64,000 bases of DNA from Tubiluchus corallicola (taxonomy: Eukaryota; Animalia; Priapulida): the NCBI GenBank assembly GCA_030141605.1, contig JAQGDQ010000055.1, positions 620,001-684,000 of the forward strand. The letters run 5' to 3'. The translations under genes were made by a program, and so were the position numbers. The notes under the pieces were generated by a model. That model worked only from the letters and a program-made list of their open reading frames with translations, searched no databases and was not told the origin of the DNA. Below, piece after piece: positions 30,611-40,713 of this stretch. Positions within the stretch are counted from its first letter, which is position 1. Each line of letters opens with the position of its first letter.

Positions 30611-33600
30611 AGATATAGATATAGATATAGATATATATCATTTATCATTTGGTTTTTTACTATTTTATTGTACTTTGGAGTTGTTCCTAGATTCTGGTAA
30701 ATTTCTTTGTTTTTAGATGGTAATGAACCGTATTGTGCGAAACCATTTGGCAATAAACTTCATTTTGAAGATGATTTACGTTGCTTTACTAAGTAATATT
30801 TTGATAAACTTCAACTAATTTAATTAATTGAATGAAGGAAATTGAATAAAAGTGAAAGCAAAACTGAGACTGATGCTTGGGAGTAGAAATTCTCATAGAA
30901 TTGTCATGTCTGAGCAAGTTATGTGTGCAAAAAACAAGTCAAAAGTACTTGAAGCTATTCAGCCGACTAACAAAGCGGTTAATCTTTTAAACTAACCCCA
31001 TGAAAAGGCATGTAAGAATAAAGATGAATTGGTAGGTTAGTTAGACTGCTGTATTACCTATAGCAGAAACTGGAAGTAGCAATAGAGCATAGAATTTAAT
31101 GTCCCATTCAATCTAGTGAGTTTTCTCGTCAAGTAACTCACAACCATGTTGAGACTAGAGAGCAAAACTTGATGCGAGTTACTTTCTGACAGTAAGCGTG
31201 AGTTGACATGCGATTCTGTAGTCACTGCAAGAAACTCACCAGGGTATTCACACTAGACAGTAGCTTGCAGGAAATCAATTTGAAGCAACTGTTGGAGAGT
31301 TTACAATTTCTTGCAGATAGGAACTCGTAAAGCAATTTATGCTTGCGTGTTTGCTGTCACAGAGAAAACATGTGACAGAAAACATCCTAGTCTGAATGTG
31401 ATGTAAGAAGTTTTAAGAGGCAGTTATGCTAGATCATGGATACCATGCCTTTGTGAAATTACCTGTGAAATGTGTAATTAAGACATGCTTGTGTTGCTCT
31501 TTATGTATAATTGTAGTACCAATTTATTACAAGTGTTTGTAGCATTCATTGCTAGCTCGTTTTGCCTGAGTACACAGTAGCTGCGACACTGTTGGAAAAT
31601 TTGCCGGCATTTAGCGCACATGGCTAAACTTTACAATTCCCCACACAAGAAATTAGTTCGTGAAGTGGGGTTAGGGCTAGGGTTGTGATTACAGTATTTA
31701 CATTGTGTGGGGAATTGTATACTCCTTCCCAGTGCATTATCAGCATTTTTCTTTTATGTTTTTTTTCATTTCAACAGTCACATGAGCTACTTCATTGCAG
31801 GTTATTATAAACACAAGAACAGCTTTCATGGGTGACAAAGGAGAACTAGTGATGGACATTCAAGCAGTGCAGAATGCATACGTAAAGAGGATTACTGGCT
31901 TGCCGTTTGACTTACTTGCATTCTTCCCGGTGGACGTGTTTGCTTTGCTAGCGTCACATTATCGTCTGAGGATTCTCAGTTATTTGAGGCTGTATCATCT
32001 GATTCGCTTTCCGCGATTGTTGCAGTTCTTCTCTCATTGGGAAGCAGAACTCAATGCAAAGTATGTGATGTTGTATGAGTAATTAATGTCTGACTGTGGT
32101 TTCTCCAGAGGAGCACATTGAAAGTTGTGTTTGTGCAATACCAAGTTGATGTTTAGGTCAGATGTAATCAAAATTGAGAGCTATGTAATGATTTTTAACA
32201 TGCCAAAAAGCAGTGATGACTTTCCTTAAAGTGGCGGTACTAATGCCACAATTACGTTTTTTTAAAAAGTAGCTGTTGCAACTACATTCATTGCGTAAAA
32301 GTAGTGCAGCTACGATAGCCATTAATTTTCTTTTGCTACAATTTCTAAGCATCGTTGATATAGTGCACTGCAAAATGTAGGTGGCACATTAAGGGAGCCT
32401 GATAATAGTGGTAATTACATTATTAAGTAGCAGCTAAAGAAATACAAATACAATTTGCACCAAAAGTTGTATCATAGTTCTAACTAAGCAGTTTATTTAT
32501 GTTCTTGAACAGATACTTGACGATCACTCATATTGTATTAACATACAATAGTATTAAATTGTTTGTTGCAATATTATTCATATGGCATGTTACTAATTTA
32601 TGCTATACAATAAATTACTGTTTCAAACTTCAGGTATATTTATTTGCTTTAAAAAATAATTTTTTTAAAATTGTCGTCACTAAACAGCAACCCCTCACTC
32701 TTGGGTGGAATGTGTTTTCCAAGAGTGGACTCACAAATAACAATGACCAGTGAGGCACGTGACACTATTGAGTCTTGTTTCATTGTATCTCAGATGAGTA
32801 AAACTGCAAGTACACAGTTAAACAGCTGGCTCCCGAAGTCTGTAACAACTATGAAAACACTTCTAATTATGGGGTTATTAACTGTCGACTGCAAGAATTA
32901 AATATAGTATTGTACAGTGCTACTTAAAAAAATAGTGAAGTTACAATTTACTGCTATTCATTTTCAGCGCTACTAATTTTAGTAGTGACACTAAAGTAGT
33001 GGTGCTATTGCTCAGCAGTGCCAAAAACACATTTCTTTTGTATTATCTTGTCTTGTTGAGCTTGAGTTATTTCTCTAGAGTAAATTCATTAATCTCTTTG
33101 CTTTCTCACATTTAGCCTGCTGCTGATGAGAATTCTCAAGTTTACAACACTGCTTTTTCTGTTGATGCACATCTTTGCCTGTGGTTGGTTCCTGCTAGCC
33201 TGTCCAGTTGGCTTTCCATCTTGCTATAATGACACATGGTTCCGGAATATTTTAAGTAGGTCAATTGTCCTTGTTTTGCAACTTTTGTTAAAGGTTAGTT
33301 ATTATATTTCATAATAGCGAGGTGAGCACTGCGCAGTTCAGCGTGTTATAAAAAGTCAGAAACATGCAAAAGTTGATCACTTTCACCTGATAAAACCCAA
33401 CTTGATCTATCTAGCTATAATTGTCATTGTACAAAAACCTCTTGTAAAGGTTCATTTGTGCAGAAAATAATGGATGCCTTTCATTATAGTCCAGTTTTTT
33501 CAATAATTTTCCCAATTTTTTCTGTATGAAGGTCATTTTTCCTCATTCTGGAAGTATATTTATTTTCCTCTGGATCAACTATGTAATTGCCTGGTGCTTG

Positions 33601-36600
33601 TGCAAACTTTGTGAGATCTGTTTCAAAAAGTGAATCTTCAAAGTTTTGAGAAAGGAAAAAGAAAAGAATAGTTTGATACCTTGCATTTGCAAAATATACT
33701 TCATTTATAATAATAGAAATAATAATACTACATATGTAAATAATTGTTTCCACTAATTGTCTCTAACCAGGCATAATACACAGAAGTCTTTTGCCATTGT
33801 AAATGACTGCATTTTGTATCATTTTGTGATTTTAAGAAGAAAATTTGAAAACTTTCTGAATTATGAAGTTCATGACACACCTTTATTACAGGACAACTAA
33901 ACATTGCTTAACCGGTTGATAAATTATGTAGCGATACTGCATACAGTTTTTCTCACTGATTTGGTTTAGTCTTCATATTTTCAGTTTTTTTGTTGAAGTT
34001 GTGTGCATTGTGCACTATAGATATGGCTTAATGTACTTTGTATGATTTCCTGTTTGGGGGTGCTGTAATTTTATCATATTTTTGTCTGCTTACCTGTGCA
34101 GTAAGTTTAACATATTTTTGTCTGCTACCTGTAATATAGCATTTATTAATAGGCAAATGTGCAGTCAGATTTCTGTAGAAAAAAGTTACTAATAAACTTC
34201 TTTGTAGACTGCCCATATTATTGTCCCATTATTATAATTATTATCATGTTAGGTCTTACTAGCTTGAATGTAGACTTTATTGCACTATAAAGTAAATTAC
34301 TGTGTGGAATAAATCTCAATTTTACAGCTGGTCTTGAGTAATCAAAATTGTTATTATTTAAAATGGCACTTATATGTAATTTTTGGCTGATAATGCAACT
34401 ATGCAGCTTGAGTTGTAAGTCCTAAATTTACATTGCAGAAATTTTACATGACGTGCCACCTGATAGAGCTTACATGATGAGTTTATATTGGAGTATTAGT
34501 ACAATGACATCCACAGGTTATGGTGATATACATGCATACGGACAGCTAGAAATGAGTAAGTTGAAGAAATTAGCAATGCTAGTCTGAACAAACTACATAG
34601 TTTAGCAGACTGATATGAACGGGAATGTTGAACTTGGAATTTATTCAAAATTAGAATTTGTTCCAATTTTAATTTTCGTTTACATTTTTTATTATTTGAG
34701 GTGTTTTAGTCTTTTACTTTCACTGACCATTGTTTTTATACTTTCTTGGAAGCTACTGGTAATCATTTGAAATGAAGAGTAGACTGGTTAGGTGTCTCAT
34801 GGCTCAAGTTGTGAACAGTAGTTAAAAATTTCACGTTGACGGACAAGTTGCTGCCTTGATGTAATTTATGAACTGCTTTTACAAACCACCAAAGTAAATT
34901 CTGTACCCACTGGCTTGTTGGTGCTACATGTTTTACCTGCACCTACAAAACACAGTGACCAAGCAAACTGTCATATCGGAACCACCATCCAAGTATACCC
35001 TGGACGTATTGTTTTAGGCTACTCACATGTTGCATTTATTTTTGTATAGTCTTTGCCAGTATAACAATGGTTGTCGGAAAGCTCATGTTTGGTTTCATCC
35101 TGGGAAACATCTCTTCGACGTTATCAAATAGGGACAGTGTCCGCAGCACTTTTGAAGAACACGTAAAGTGTGTAAAGGTGGGTTTAGAATATTTGACGTG
35201 ATAACTTAACAGTGAGAGCCAAAAATGCTTTATATATTGTAATTATATTTCACTATCCATAGAAAAGTTTAGCACTGTGAACTAATGAGCAAAGCCTTGT
35301 AAAGCAAATGTAGACAAAAATGTTTGGTATTTGGCTAACATGTACTGTCATAAATAGTGCCGGTTTTTCTTAATGTAAACCGATGGAAACCATTTTGTAG
35401 CGTTTCTTCACAAATACATTTAGAAATAAATTAAATACCCGATGAACAATTATGCAATGTACATGTAATTTTTATGCATTTCTTATCATACAGTGCAAAT
35501 ACTTGTTTAGAAATACATGAAGGACCATCGGTTTCTGAAAAACTTTCGTCGAAAAGTGTTGAGTCAGTTCAATTACATTTGGGAGCAAAACCTAGCCACC
35601 GATCCAAAGACTGTGCTTAGTCAGTTGCCTCCATGTTTGTGGGCAGAAATGCAAATGCACATTTGCTATGACATGATGCAACAGGTTTGATTCAGCGCAG
35701 TTATATTTAGTAGGATTCGAAATGTGTTGTAAAATGGAAAGTAACGGCTGTGGTTATGGCTAGAAAGTTTTAAGTTCCTAGAATTGTAACGCAACTGCTT
35801 TAAAGCTTAGCAGACCAGGTTATTCAGCTCCTGTGCATACACGTCACTAGAACTAATGAAATTAGCAAACCTCGTTATAATGCCCCCCTCCATAATGCCA
35901 ACCTCGCTCAATGCCCAAATTTTAAACAAAAGAAAATATCTATATCTGCATAGAGATGTATATATTAATGCATCTCATTATAATGCCAAACTTGCTATAA
36001 CACCTAATTTTTTGCAGTCCCAAAACAGGCAGTATAAAAAAGATTTGACTACAATAGTTATAAAATAATCAATACTAATATACTAATATAATATAGGTAC
36101 AGTTTAGTCTCGTTATCTCGCCACTGTCCGTCTAGGGCAAATTTTTGGCGAGAGGCAAGTATGGCGAGATAACGGGAATATAACGAAGTTAGTCTATATG
36201 TATATACATAATAGTTGATTAACATAGTGTTCCTCTATGTACATATAAAATATATTTCTCATTATGATACCAATCACCATTAAATCAGAAATGAAAAAAT
36301 GTCATAAAAGTAATCTTAGAATGTTACTTTTTTATTTAAAAAACATTTTTCGACTATACACTTAAATGCAATAAACTTAGCAAAAGATTTAGAAATGTTC
36401 ACAAATGAGTTACTGACTACTGAAATAATTCAGAAGAGACGACTGTTTCATTGATGATACACGCAAGCAGTCAACACGACGTTTAATCAAACACAATCCT
36501 TGAATATCGTCACTTGTGACTCTGTCAGACTGTTCAAAGTATCGCATCAGTGTGTCGACAGCTGCTGCTGTTGTCAACGGCCTATCTGGTAACATTCGAA

Positions 36601-38768
36601 AGAATAGACCGATTTCATCAAGGTTATAAACGTCACTCAGTTCAAAATTTTTTATTACACGTGCTGCCTGTTCTCTGCCCCTATCAAGAAGGTCTGAATC
36701 TACACCAGCACTTTCACCGCAGATTTTCTTGTGCCAATTCCACACCTCAATTTGAAACGTTGCAGCCATCTGTTAGAGTACTGGAAGTCGGTTATGCCCA
36801 GTTCATTTCCAAAGCGCTTGGCCTTTTCGCGCAAAACAGCATCAGTGATGACGACATTTTGCGATCGTGCAGTCGTGAACCATAGCTGAAGTGCCGTGTC
36901 CAGATTGGAATGCTGTCCACGTCGCAATTTCGTTGACCCACTGTGACCATGACTTTGCATCCATTTTTCTTTACTCGCTATTATATCTCCTACACTTCTC
37001 CGGCTAACAGTGTCACCAAATTTCGCACTAAATACAGTAGCAATTTCCTGCTGTGTCTTTGAAGAATTATTCGTATGATAAATACAAATTTCTTTTTTTA
37101 TTCAGGATTAAGACAAAACAGTTTTCGCTTCAGAGACATCATGTAAAGTTGCTCACACTTTGTGGAAACTCAAACTTAAACGCAGCTTTGGTGTTATAGA
37201 GTAAGGATATCGGTGACGCTTTGTGGAAACTCAAACTTAAACGCAGCTTTGGTGTTATAGAGTAAGGATATCGGTGACGCTTTAGTTTCTCTGCGCATTA
37301 ACCAACCACAGCACTCCTAATCTAATCCTGGTGAGACACACACTAGATTAATTATGTCTGTCTATCGAGCACAGCAGCATTGTCTACATACCGCGGTTAT
37401 ATTGATCGACATGCGGTATATGTATTGATCGATTTACCTCTGAGTTTGTCTGTTTGGCGACATAACGAATATAGTTTACATAAGCACTCATCCTAGCATG
37501 ACGTGGCGAGGGCGAGAAGCGAGGGTGGCGACTTAACGAGGTAAATATCAAAGCAGGAAATCTGTCCTGGTACTTTCTATAGCGAGAGACGAGTTTGGCG
37601 GCATAACGAGGGGCGAGATAACAAGGCTAGACTGTATACGAGTAAAATGTTTTTTTGCTATTTTAATTTTTAGTTTTTAGCTCTTGTGTAGCAAACTATA
37701 AAAAAGAAGTAGTACTAACTGGCTAAAGCAGTTTGCCGAATCTGGTTAACTCATATTTCTAAGGACTGAAGTAGTTACTAGCAAAGCGAAGGGTTCCACA
37801 GTTTTGTACGTACTGAAACAGTATTATAGAGGCTTGTAATCTGGTATGTGTTAAGAGGAATGTCTCTGTAAATAGTTTCTACAGTTATCCTACCCTAACA
37901 GTGAGTAGCAAAACCGGAGCTCAAGCAACAGAGAAAAAAAGAAACTTTAATCAGTTGCCTGTGGTAAAGGAGCTATTTTTTGTGATGCAAAGTATTTTTA
38001 ATGACAGGTGTCATTCTTTAGCAAGGAAAAAGTTGGTTTTTTTCGAATGCTTTCACTCAAGATGTCTCTGAGGCCATTTCTTCCAGGACGCTACATATTT
38101 CAGAAGGGTGACACTGGTACAGAAATGTACTTCATACGAGAAGGAGAAGTATGAACTATGTTGTGCTAGTTTTTAATTTTGAGGTGTTGCATAGTGTAAT
38201 CATGGTTAAAATTAAATCTAATTATTGCTGGTTAACAGTGCATCCTTTCCTGCTTATTATAATAGATTCAAATAATTATCAGCATATCAACCATAGATGT
38301 TTTTGTCATTAAGACGTTTGAAACAGCACTATTTAGCTGGGATTGCTGTGCACAATTATTACTGTTTTTACTACAGAACAAAATTGAGTAATATGCACGA
38401 TCTTTGTGAGATTTCTTTTTATTAGTGAATTGAAAATCCTTAAAACTGAATTTAAATTCGATTCGGATTCAAAAATCTTAGAGAATGCTCACCCACTGTT
38501 TTATTGATAAATGTGTATCTTTGTTTAGGTTGAAATAACGGTTGGCAAGGATAGATCTGGGTACCCCGTGACACTGAGGAAGGGCGACCACTTCGGCAAA
38601 GAATCGGTAGTGCTCCATGTTGCTAGACGTTCTTACGCACGCGCTCTTACCATTGCACAATTATTTATATTGACTAGAGAAGACTGTGAGAAGGTCTTCA
38701 GGCATTTTCCAAATTCAAAGAAAAGGGTTCTGGAGATAGCAAAAGAGGAGTTTGGGTTGGATAAGTAG
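1..38768 (+). CDS. CNGK: Gene A: multi-repeat K+-selective cyclic nucleotide-gated channel (CNGK/tetraKCNG-like), 5'-partial, repeats II-IV in window
   Basis: 28 GT-AG exons from 163 to 38768 splice into one open frame of about 1597 codons. It holds three 6TM-pore-CNBD units with filters SSLGYGD, ISVGYGD and TSTGYGD. A donor at position 11 and exon 163-210 indicate that the CDS continues upstream. Confidence 0.9.
163..210 (+). CDS. CNGK: Gene A exon, inter-repeat linker (SVTKAQANALKSHIEG)
   Basis: ttttttcAG acceptor, GTATGT donor, 48 nt open in phase 0; support is splice signals only. Confidence 0.55.
975..1263 (+). CDS. CNGK: Gene A exon, repeat II S1-S2 (ASFHAP...LLEPDSRFTKLWE...DIIVQMRTAV)
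   Basis: ctaAG acceptor (alternative cAG at 1016), GTAAGC donor; FHxP motif as before repeat IV. Confidence 0.8.
2213..2379 (+). CDS. CNGK: Gene A exon, repeat II S3-S4 (DLLSVIPFE...LKLNRLLKLWK)
   Basis: GT-AG, in phase, voltage-sensor-like S3/S4 motifs. Confidence 0.88.
2600..3060 (+). mobile_element. Degraded 3' end of a CR1/L2-type LINE
   Basis: TTRQSNLVFIP...FIVRASKHYN...FKNKLRELL resembles LINE ORF2 C-termini; boundaries approximate. Confidence 0.45.
3335..3720 (-). mobile_element. Degraded 3' end of a CR1-type LINE
   Basis: Minus strand shows remnants of the CR1 ORF2 tail (..RNKNRFIFR..WNSL-like, frameshifted) and a GC-richer 3' UTR. Confidence 0.45.
3920..4050 (+). CDS. CNGK: Gene A exon, repeat II S4-S5/S5 (THIGGCLWYLIA)
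   Basis: GT-AG, in phase, H..GC.W S5 motif. Confidence 0.88.
5232..5304 (+). CDS. CNGK: Gene A exon, repeat II turret (KWFTGPAHAHEQSWLYW)
   Basis: ttttcAG/GTAAGA; supplies the phase 2 to 0 bridge needed between neighbouring exons. Confidence 0.75.
6281..6663 (+). CDS. CNGK: Gene A exon, repeat II turret-pore-S6 (SLYWAAVTLSSLGYGD)
   Basis: K+ channel GYGD filter, GT-AG. Confidence 0.92.
7760..7876 (+). CDS. CNGK: Gene A exon, repeat II C-linker
   Basis: VKYQTMVSAIKKFM...YMTQIWYKY, GT-AG, in phase. Confidence 0.88.
8196..8295 (+). CDS. CNGK: Gene A exon, repeat II C-linker (GEELPG...DLPSNLQQDIA)
   Basis: 100 nt, same length as gene B exon 60994-61093. Confidence 0.9.
9132..9520. mobile_element. 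Partial copy of the TTAA-flanked piggyBac-like family at 54633-55314
   Basis: TTAA|CTCCTTAGG..tgattcagaataggtct..ctgtatgagcacagataaactaaat shared with 54633-55030. Confidence 0.6.
10065..10519. mobile_element. Tc1/mariner-pogo type MITE
   Basis: Perfect TIR CCGTATTTTCCCGTGTATAAGAGACCC ... GGGTCTCTTATACACGGGAAAATACGG, TA TSD. Confidence 0.88.
10520..10656. repeat. 29-30 bp minisatellite (tagcattaaatgaagtagctaggaagggtg)
   Basis: About 4.5 tandem units; the first unit starts at about 10048 and is split by the MITE. Confidence 0.85.
10989..11374. mobile_element. MITE family, copy 1
   Basis: Ends tgtctcgatttgccg ... gccaaaccgagata; colinear with 16120-16477. Confidence 0.7.
11457..11603 (+). 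CDS. CNGK: Gene A exon, CNBD II first half (LPFF...GDVAEEMYLLRRG)
   Basis: CNBD motifs; 147 nt as in gene B. Confidence 0.9.
11650..11770. repeat. (ACTT)n/(CACT)n imperfect microsatellite
   Basis: seen directly. Confidence 0.75.
12096..12365 (+). CDS. CNGK: Gene A exon, CNBD II second half (GPGQAFGELALL)
   Basis: FGE motif; 270 nt as in gene B. Confidence 0.9.
12620..13207. mobile_element. TTAAAG-ended (Kolobok-like) non-autonomous repeat
   Basis: ttaaagcaaaaccggacccaa...aaaacaatctactc end recurs inverted at about 1770-1828 and 57110-57200; internal match to 56790-56870. Confidence 0.55.
13681..13838 (+). CDS. CNGK: Gene A exon, repeat II-III linker
   Basis: GT-AG, in phase; SDY..F...MR similar to gene B exon 58843-58964. 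Confidence 0.82.
15436..15603 (+). CDS. CNGK: Gene A exon, repeat III S1-S2
   Basis: TFLPNGKFITAWQIMR...YILD; 168 nt as in gene B. Confidence 0.9.
16120..16477. mobile_element. MITE family, copy 2
   Basis: TIR tatctcggtttgccg ... cggtttaccgagata; homologous to 10989-11374. Confidence 0.7.
16659..16937 (+). CDS. CNGK: Gene A exon, repeat III S2-S4
   Basis: HPLATAKNY...DFFSTLPIE...RMNRLLH; 279 nt as in gene B. Confidence 0.9.
17031..17454 (+). CDS. CNGK: Gene A exon, repeat III S5-pore-S6 (SLYWASATAISVGYGD)
   Basis: GYGD filter; 424 nt as in gene B. Confidence 0.92.
18129..18789. mobile_element. Tigger/pogo-like MITE
   Basis: TA|CAGTAGGTGCCGCTTAATAGACTCA ... TGAGTCTATAAATGGCGTGTACTG|TA imperfect TIRs. 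Confidence 0.72.
18938..19056. repeat. About 44 bp tandem repeat, about 2.7 copies
   Basis: ggtgaaattgccctatggtaacagttactgctttgatataagt repeated. Confidence 0.8.
19446..19607 (+). CDS. CNGK: Gene A exon, repeat III C-linker
   Basis: RAVGHFEFVW...LPPSLLGD; 162 nt as in gene B. Confidence 0.9.
19901..21765 (-). mobile_element. 5'-truncated, decayed CR1/L2-type non-LTR retrotransposon (RT domain and C-terminus)
   Basis: Minus strand VFLDISKAFDKVWH, GVPEGS..PILFLIFID, CLFADD, HKHLGL, IRPILEY, SFFPSTFAKWNNLP; frameshifts and stops; A-rich tail at about 19901-19930. Confidence 0.88.
22145..22261 (+). CDS. CNGK: Gene A exon, CNBD III (VPEFKGVDLSFRKLLAK...KGEYIIRK)
   Basis: 117 nt as in gene B. 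Confidence 0.9.
22835..23340 (-). mobile_element. RTE-like LINE 3' fragment
   Basis: Minus strand LYGV..W, EGKTEGRRAKGRQ and R.EW remnants, ending in a (GACT)n tail. Confidence 0.6.
23575..24105. mobile_element. Degenerate TTAAAGG-ended (Kolobok-like) MITE
   Basis: ttaaaggaaaaccggatgattgt ... acaatcgtctggtctttcttcaa imperfect inverted ends. Confidence 0.45.
24500..24633 (+). CDS. CNGK: Gene A exon, CNBD III phosphate-binding cassette (FFGEIAVLHRAPRNATV)
   Basis: canonical FGE...PR-x-A motif. Confidence 0.92.
25848..26010 (+). CDS. CNGK: Gene A exon, CNBD III end (ADTNCDLFVLHKD...FPEV)
   Basis: GT-AG, in phase, homologous to gene B 51048-51213. Confidence 0.88.
25986..26618. repeat. 41-53 bp minisatellite spanning a splice donor
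   Basis: Units cagtcaagtgttcagGTAATAgtgatcacattgcagtaatagcatgtctcact, about 14 copies. Confidence 0.9.
27815..27848 (+). CDS. CNGK: Gene A microexon (IPTKLVGIPRR)
   Basis: 34 nt, phase 0 to 1; LVGIP also found in gene B microexon 50721-50760. Confidence 0.82.
28075..28173. repeat. 30 bp tandem repeat, 3 copies
   Basis: aacttggtcattatggcacgagtctgcaac. Confidence 0.88.
28666..28820 (+). CDS. CNGK: Gene A exon, repeat IV pre-S1/S1 (TFHRP...VLDPEF)
   Basis: GT-AG, in phase, paralog match. Confidence 0.88.
29734..29805 (+). CDS. CNGK: Gene A exon, repeat IV S2 (AAFQDH...YLCE)
   Basis: 72 nt as in gene B. Confidence 0.88.
30538..30638. repeat. Compound microsatellite (TATC)n(TA)n(GATATA)n
   Basis: seen directly. 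Confidence 0.9.
31622..31725. mobile_element. Short inverted-repeat element with TTAGGG-like core, copy 1
   Basis: TACAATTCCCCACACAA ... TTGTGTGGGGAATTGTA enclosing ggggttagggctagggtt; second copy at 60546-60700. Confidence 0.65.
31801..32060 (+). CDS. CNGK: Gene A exon, repeat IV S2-S4
   Basis: RTAF.GDKGELV...DLLAFFPVD...RLYHLIRFPRL. Confidence 0.9.
33116..33255 (+). CDS. CNGK: Gene A exon, repeat IV S5 (HIFACGWF)
   Basis: 140 nt as in gene B. Confidence 0.9.
34439..34555 (+). CDS. CNGK: Gene A exon, repeat IV pore (SLYWSISTMTSTGYGD)
   Basis: GYGD filter; 117 nt as in gene B. Confidence 0.92.
35050..35177 (+). CDS. CNGK: Gene A exon, repeat IV S6 (GKLMFGFILGNISSTL)
   Basis: 128 nt as in gene B. 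Confidence 0.92.
35511..35684 (+). CDS. CNGK: Gene A exon, repeat IV C-linker
   Basis: DPKTVLSQLPPCLW; 174 nt as in gene B. Confidence 0.9.
36100..37634 (-). mobile_element. Internally deleted Tigger/pogo transposon (CENP-B HTH and DDE remnants)
   Basis: TA|CAGTTTAGTCTCGTTATCTCGCC ... GGCGAGATAACAAGGCTAGACTG|TA. Minus-strand LDTALQLWF...LREKAKRFG...WLQRFK and YNLDEIGLFFRMLPD, frameshifted. Internal tandem duplication of about 61 bp at 37158-37283. Confidence 0.88.
38008..38148 (+). CDS. CNGK: Gene A exon, CNBD IV first half (FFRMLS...GDTGTEMYF)
   Basis: 141 nt as in gene B. Confidence 0.9.
38529..38768 (+). CDS. CNGK: Gene A terminal exon, CNBD IV end and TAG stop
   Basis: KGDHFGK...LFILTREDCEKVFRHFP, stop at 38766-38768. 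Confidence 0.9.
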   Translation, partial: VEITVGKDRSGYPVTLRKGDHFGKESVVLHVARRSYARALTIAQLFILTREDCEKVFRHFPNSKKRVLEIAKEEFGLDK

Positions 38769-40479
38769 CACACATTTCGTGAAAATTTGTCCCTATAGAG
38801 TTGTAAAGGGAGCATGATGCTAGTTTAATTTTGGGCAAATGTTTATGTGATATTAACTGTGATATAGCACAAATGTTTTCTTAAATTATTATAAACAGTA
38901 AAGAAAATAATTATAGTGTCTGAAAACACACTAGAAATGTGTCTTCACTTAGACTCTTCACTTCTTCTAGACTGCAATGCTCTTCACTTAGAAATTTAGA
39001 AATTTACCTCTTCATATAAAGAATCTAATTCTGCAAATATCAGCAACTATAATACCAATTACTAATTACTGCTACTTCTGCTGATGCTACTGCTACACTA
39101 CAAAGTAGCTAACATTTTGTTAAAATTTGCAGTTATCTTAGTGGCATAGCGTAATCAAGTATCTCATTTAGGCATTTTTATTTATTTTACCTTCGTATAT
39201 ACACATGTACATTAATTATTTAATAAACTAGTTTTCAGAAACATTTTGACCAATGATTCTAATTTAAAGGATTACCAGCCCCCCATGACGAGTTCACTGA
39301 CAAAGAGACTTACTAGTAAATTGGTTCACTATTATTATAGCACCCTAGGGAAGTGTAAAGACCTAAGTCTAGTCTACACGTAGCGTTTAATCTACAGTTT
39401 CCATATTGCTCCATTCAAACGCCAGGTTTCAATGGGAACAAGATAAACGTGTCAATAACATGAACAGACAAATCACAAATCTTAACAAAAATTGTCTGAA
39501 GTAACAAAATACCAGAATGTTATCAAGATTCGATTCGGCAAAAATTCATTGTACATAAATTCTGCACAACTGTATACAGACAATTATGTAACAAAGACAT
39601 TAAAACCAATAAATAACACATTTTTTATATTACATAACCTGTACAACAAACAAACACAACAATGTATAAATAATTTAGGAATAAGTATTGACAAAAGTGG
39701 CAGATAAGTCTCACATTATAAAAAACAGTGCTATGACATTTACGACAAGACAAATGAATTACATAAAAACAGGAGCAATACACAGTGAAAAAACGATGCA
39801 GAGATCATTACACCAATTGTGGCTTAGCTAACAGAATAAAAATCCAATTGAAATAATTTCAAGCGGGATTAATCCCAGTACAAGATTTTTATGTCTACAA
39901 AACAATAAGCAAAGATAAAAATTAAGTACACAATTATTATTACCAATATTGCTGAAAGACAGAAAACTAACAGCTAAAGGAAGTACACACACTGTCTACT
40001 CAGTTTTCACACATCGCTTTGACGCTTCAAGCAGAATATATCGGACTTGCAATTCGCAGTAACACTTGACTGATTGTACTAATCAACAGTAATCTGTAAT
40101 GGACATCTCAATCTACGTCTGACTGCTTGTACTAGCAAAATTTGGCCTATGGCAATTATGAATGTCTTTTTCGATTTACGATAAAGCGTAACTGTGTCAG
40201 ATTTGATCTGCAGTAATCCTAGAATGTGTCTGTACTGGCTTGGTTAAATGCAGTAATCTTAATTTAATAAACCCTCACATTCCTGCATTAATTGTTACTT
40301 TGAAGCATTGTAACAATACAGATAATACAAATATGTCTACAGTGTTAAAATTTAACAAAACATTTTATATCGTAGACAAAAAAGTGCGAGAATAATTAAC
40401 AGTTGCATCTTGCTACATGCATGATTTGTTGAAAAACTTGTCATTACATCACACATATTCGTACAGGAAAATAAAGTAA

Positions 40480-40713
40480 CTACTGTAATTCCATCCACCT
40501 CTGAAATGCCCGTTTTTTGACGTCAGGAAAGTATTTGAACACTTGTTCACAGTCGTCTTTGGTCAGCACAAAAAGTAGTGTTTCACTCACAGCTTGAGCA
40601 TAATAGTCTCGGACAAAAAACTGTGTGATTGCTTCCTCGCCAAAATGGTCACCCTTTCCCAATGACCTGCAGCTTTCAGAATCTTCCCCTAATTTTTCAT
40701 CTGTAAGTTCAAC
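40480..40713 (-). CDS. CNGK: Gene B terminal exon, CNBD IV end
   Basis: KGDHFGEE...LFVLTKDDCEQVFKYFP, stop TAG. Confidence 0.9.
   Translation of the reverse strand, partial: VELTDEKLGEDSESCRSLGKGDHFGEEAITQFFVRDYYAQAVSETLLFVLTKDDCEQVFKYFPDVKKRAFQRWMELQ

Noticed and set aside
30509-30753. RYRYRY and YLYLYL ORFs
   Set aside because: They are microsatellite translations
1017-38768. Novel three-repeat (18TM) channel starting at ATG 1017
   Set aside because: An in-frame acceptor at 974, an open exon at 163-210 and a donor at position 11 indicate upstream coding sequence. The canonical CNBD falls in the second-to-last repeat, as expected for repeat III of a four-repeat CNGK. The missing repeat is best explained by the window edge.
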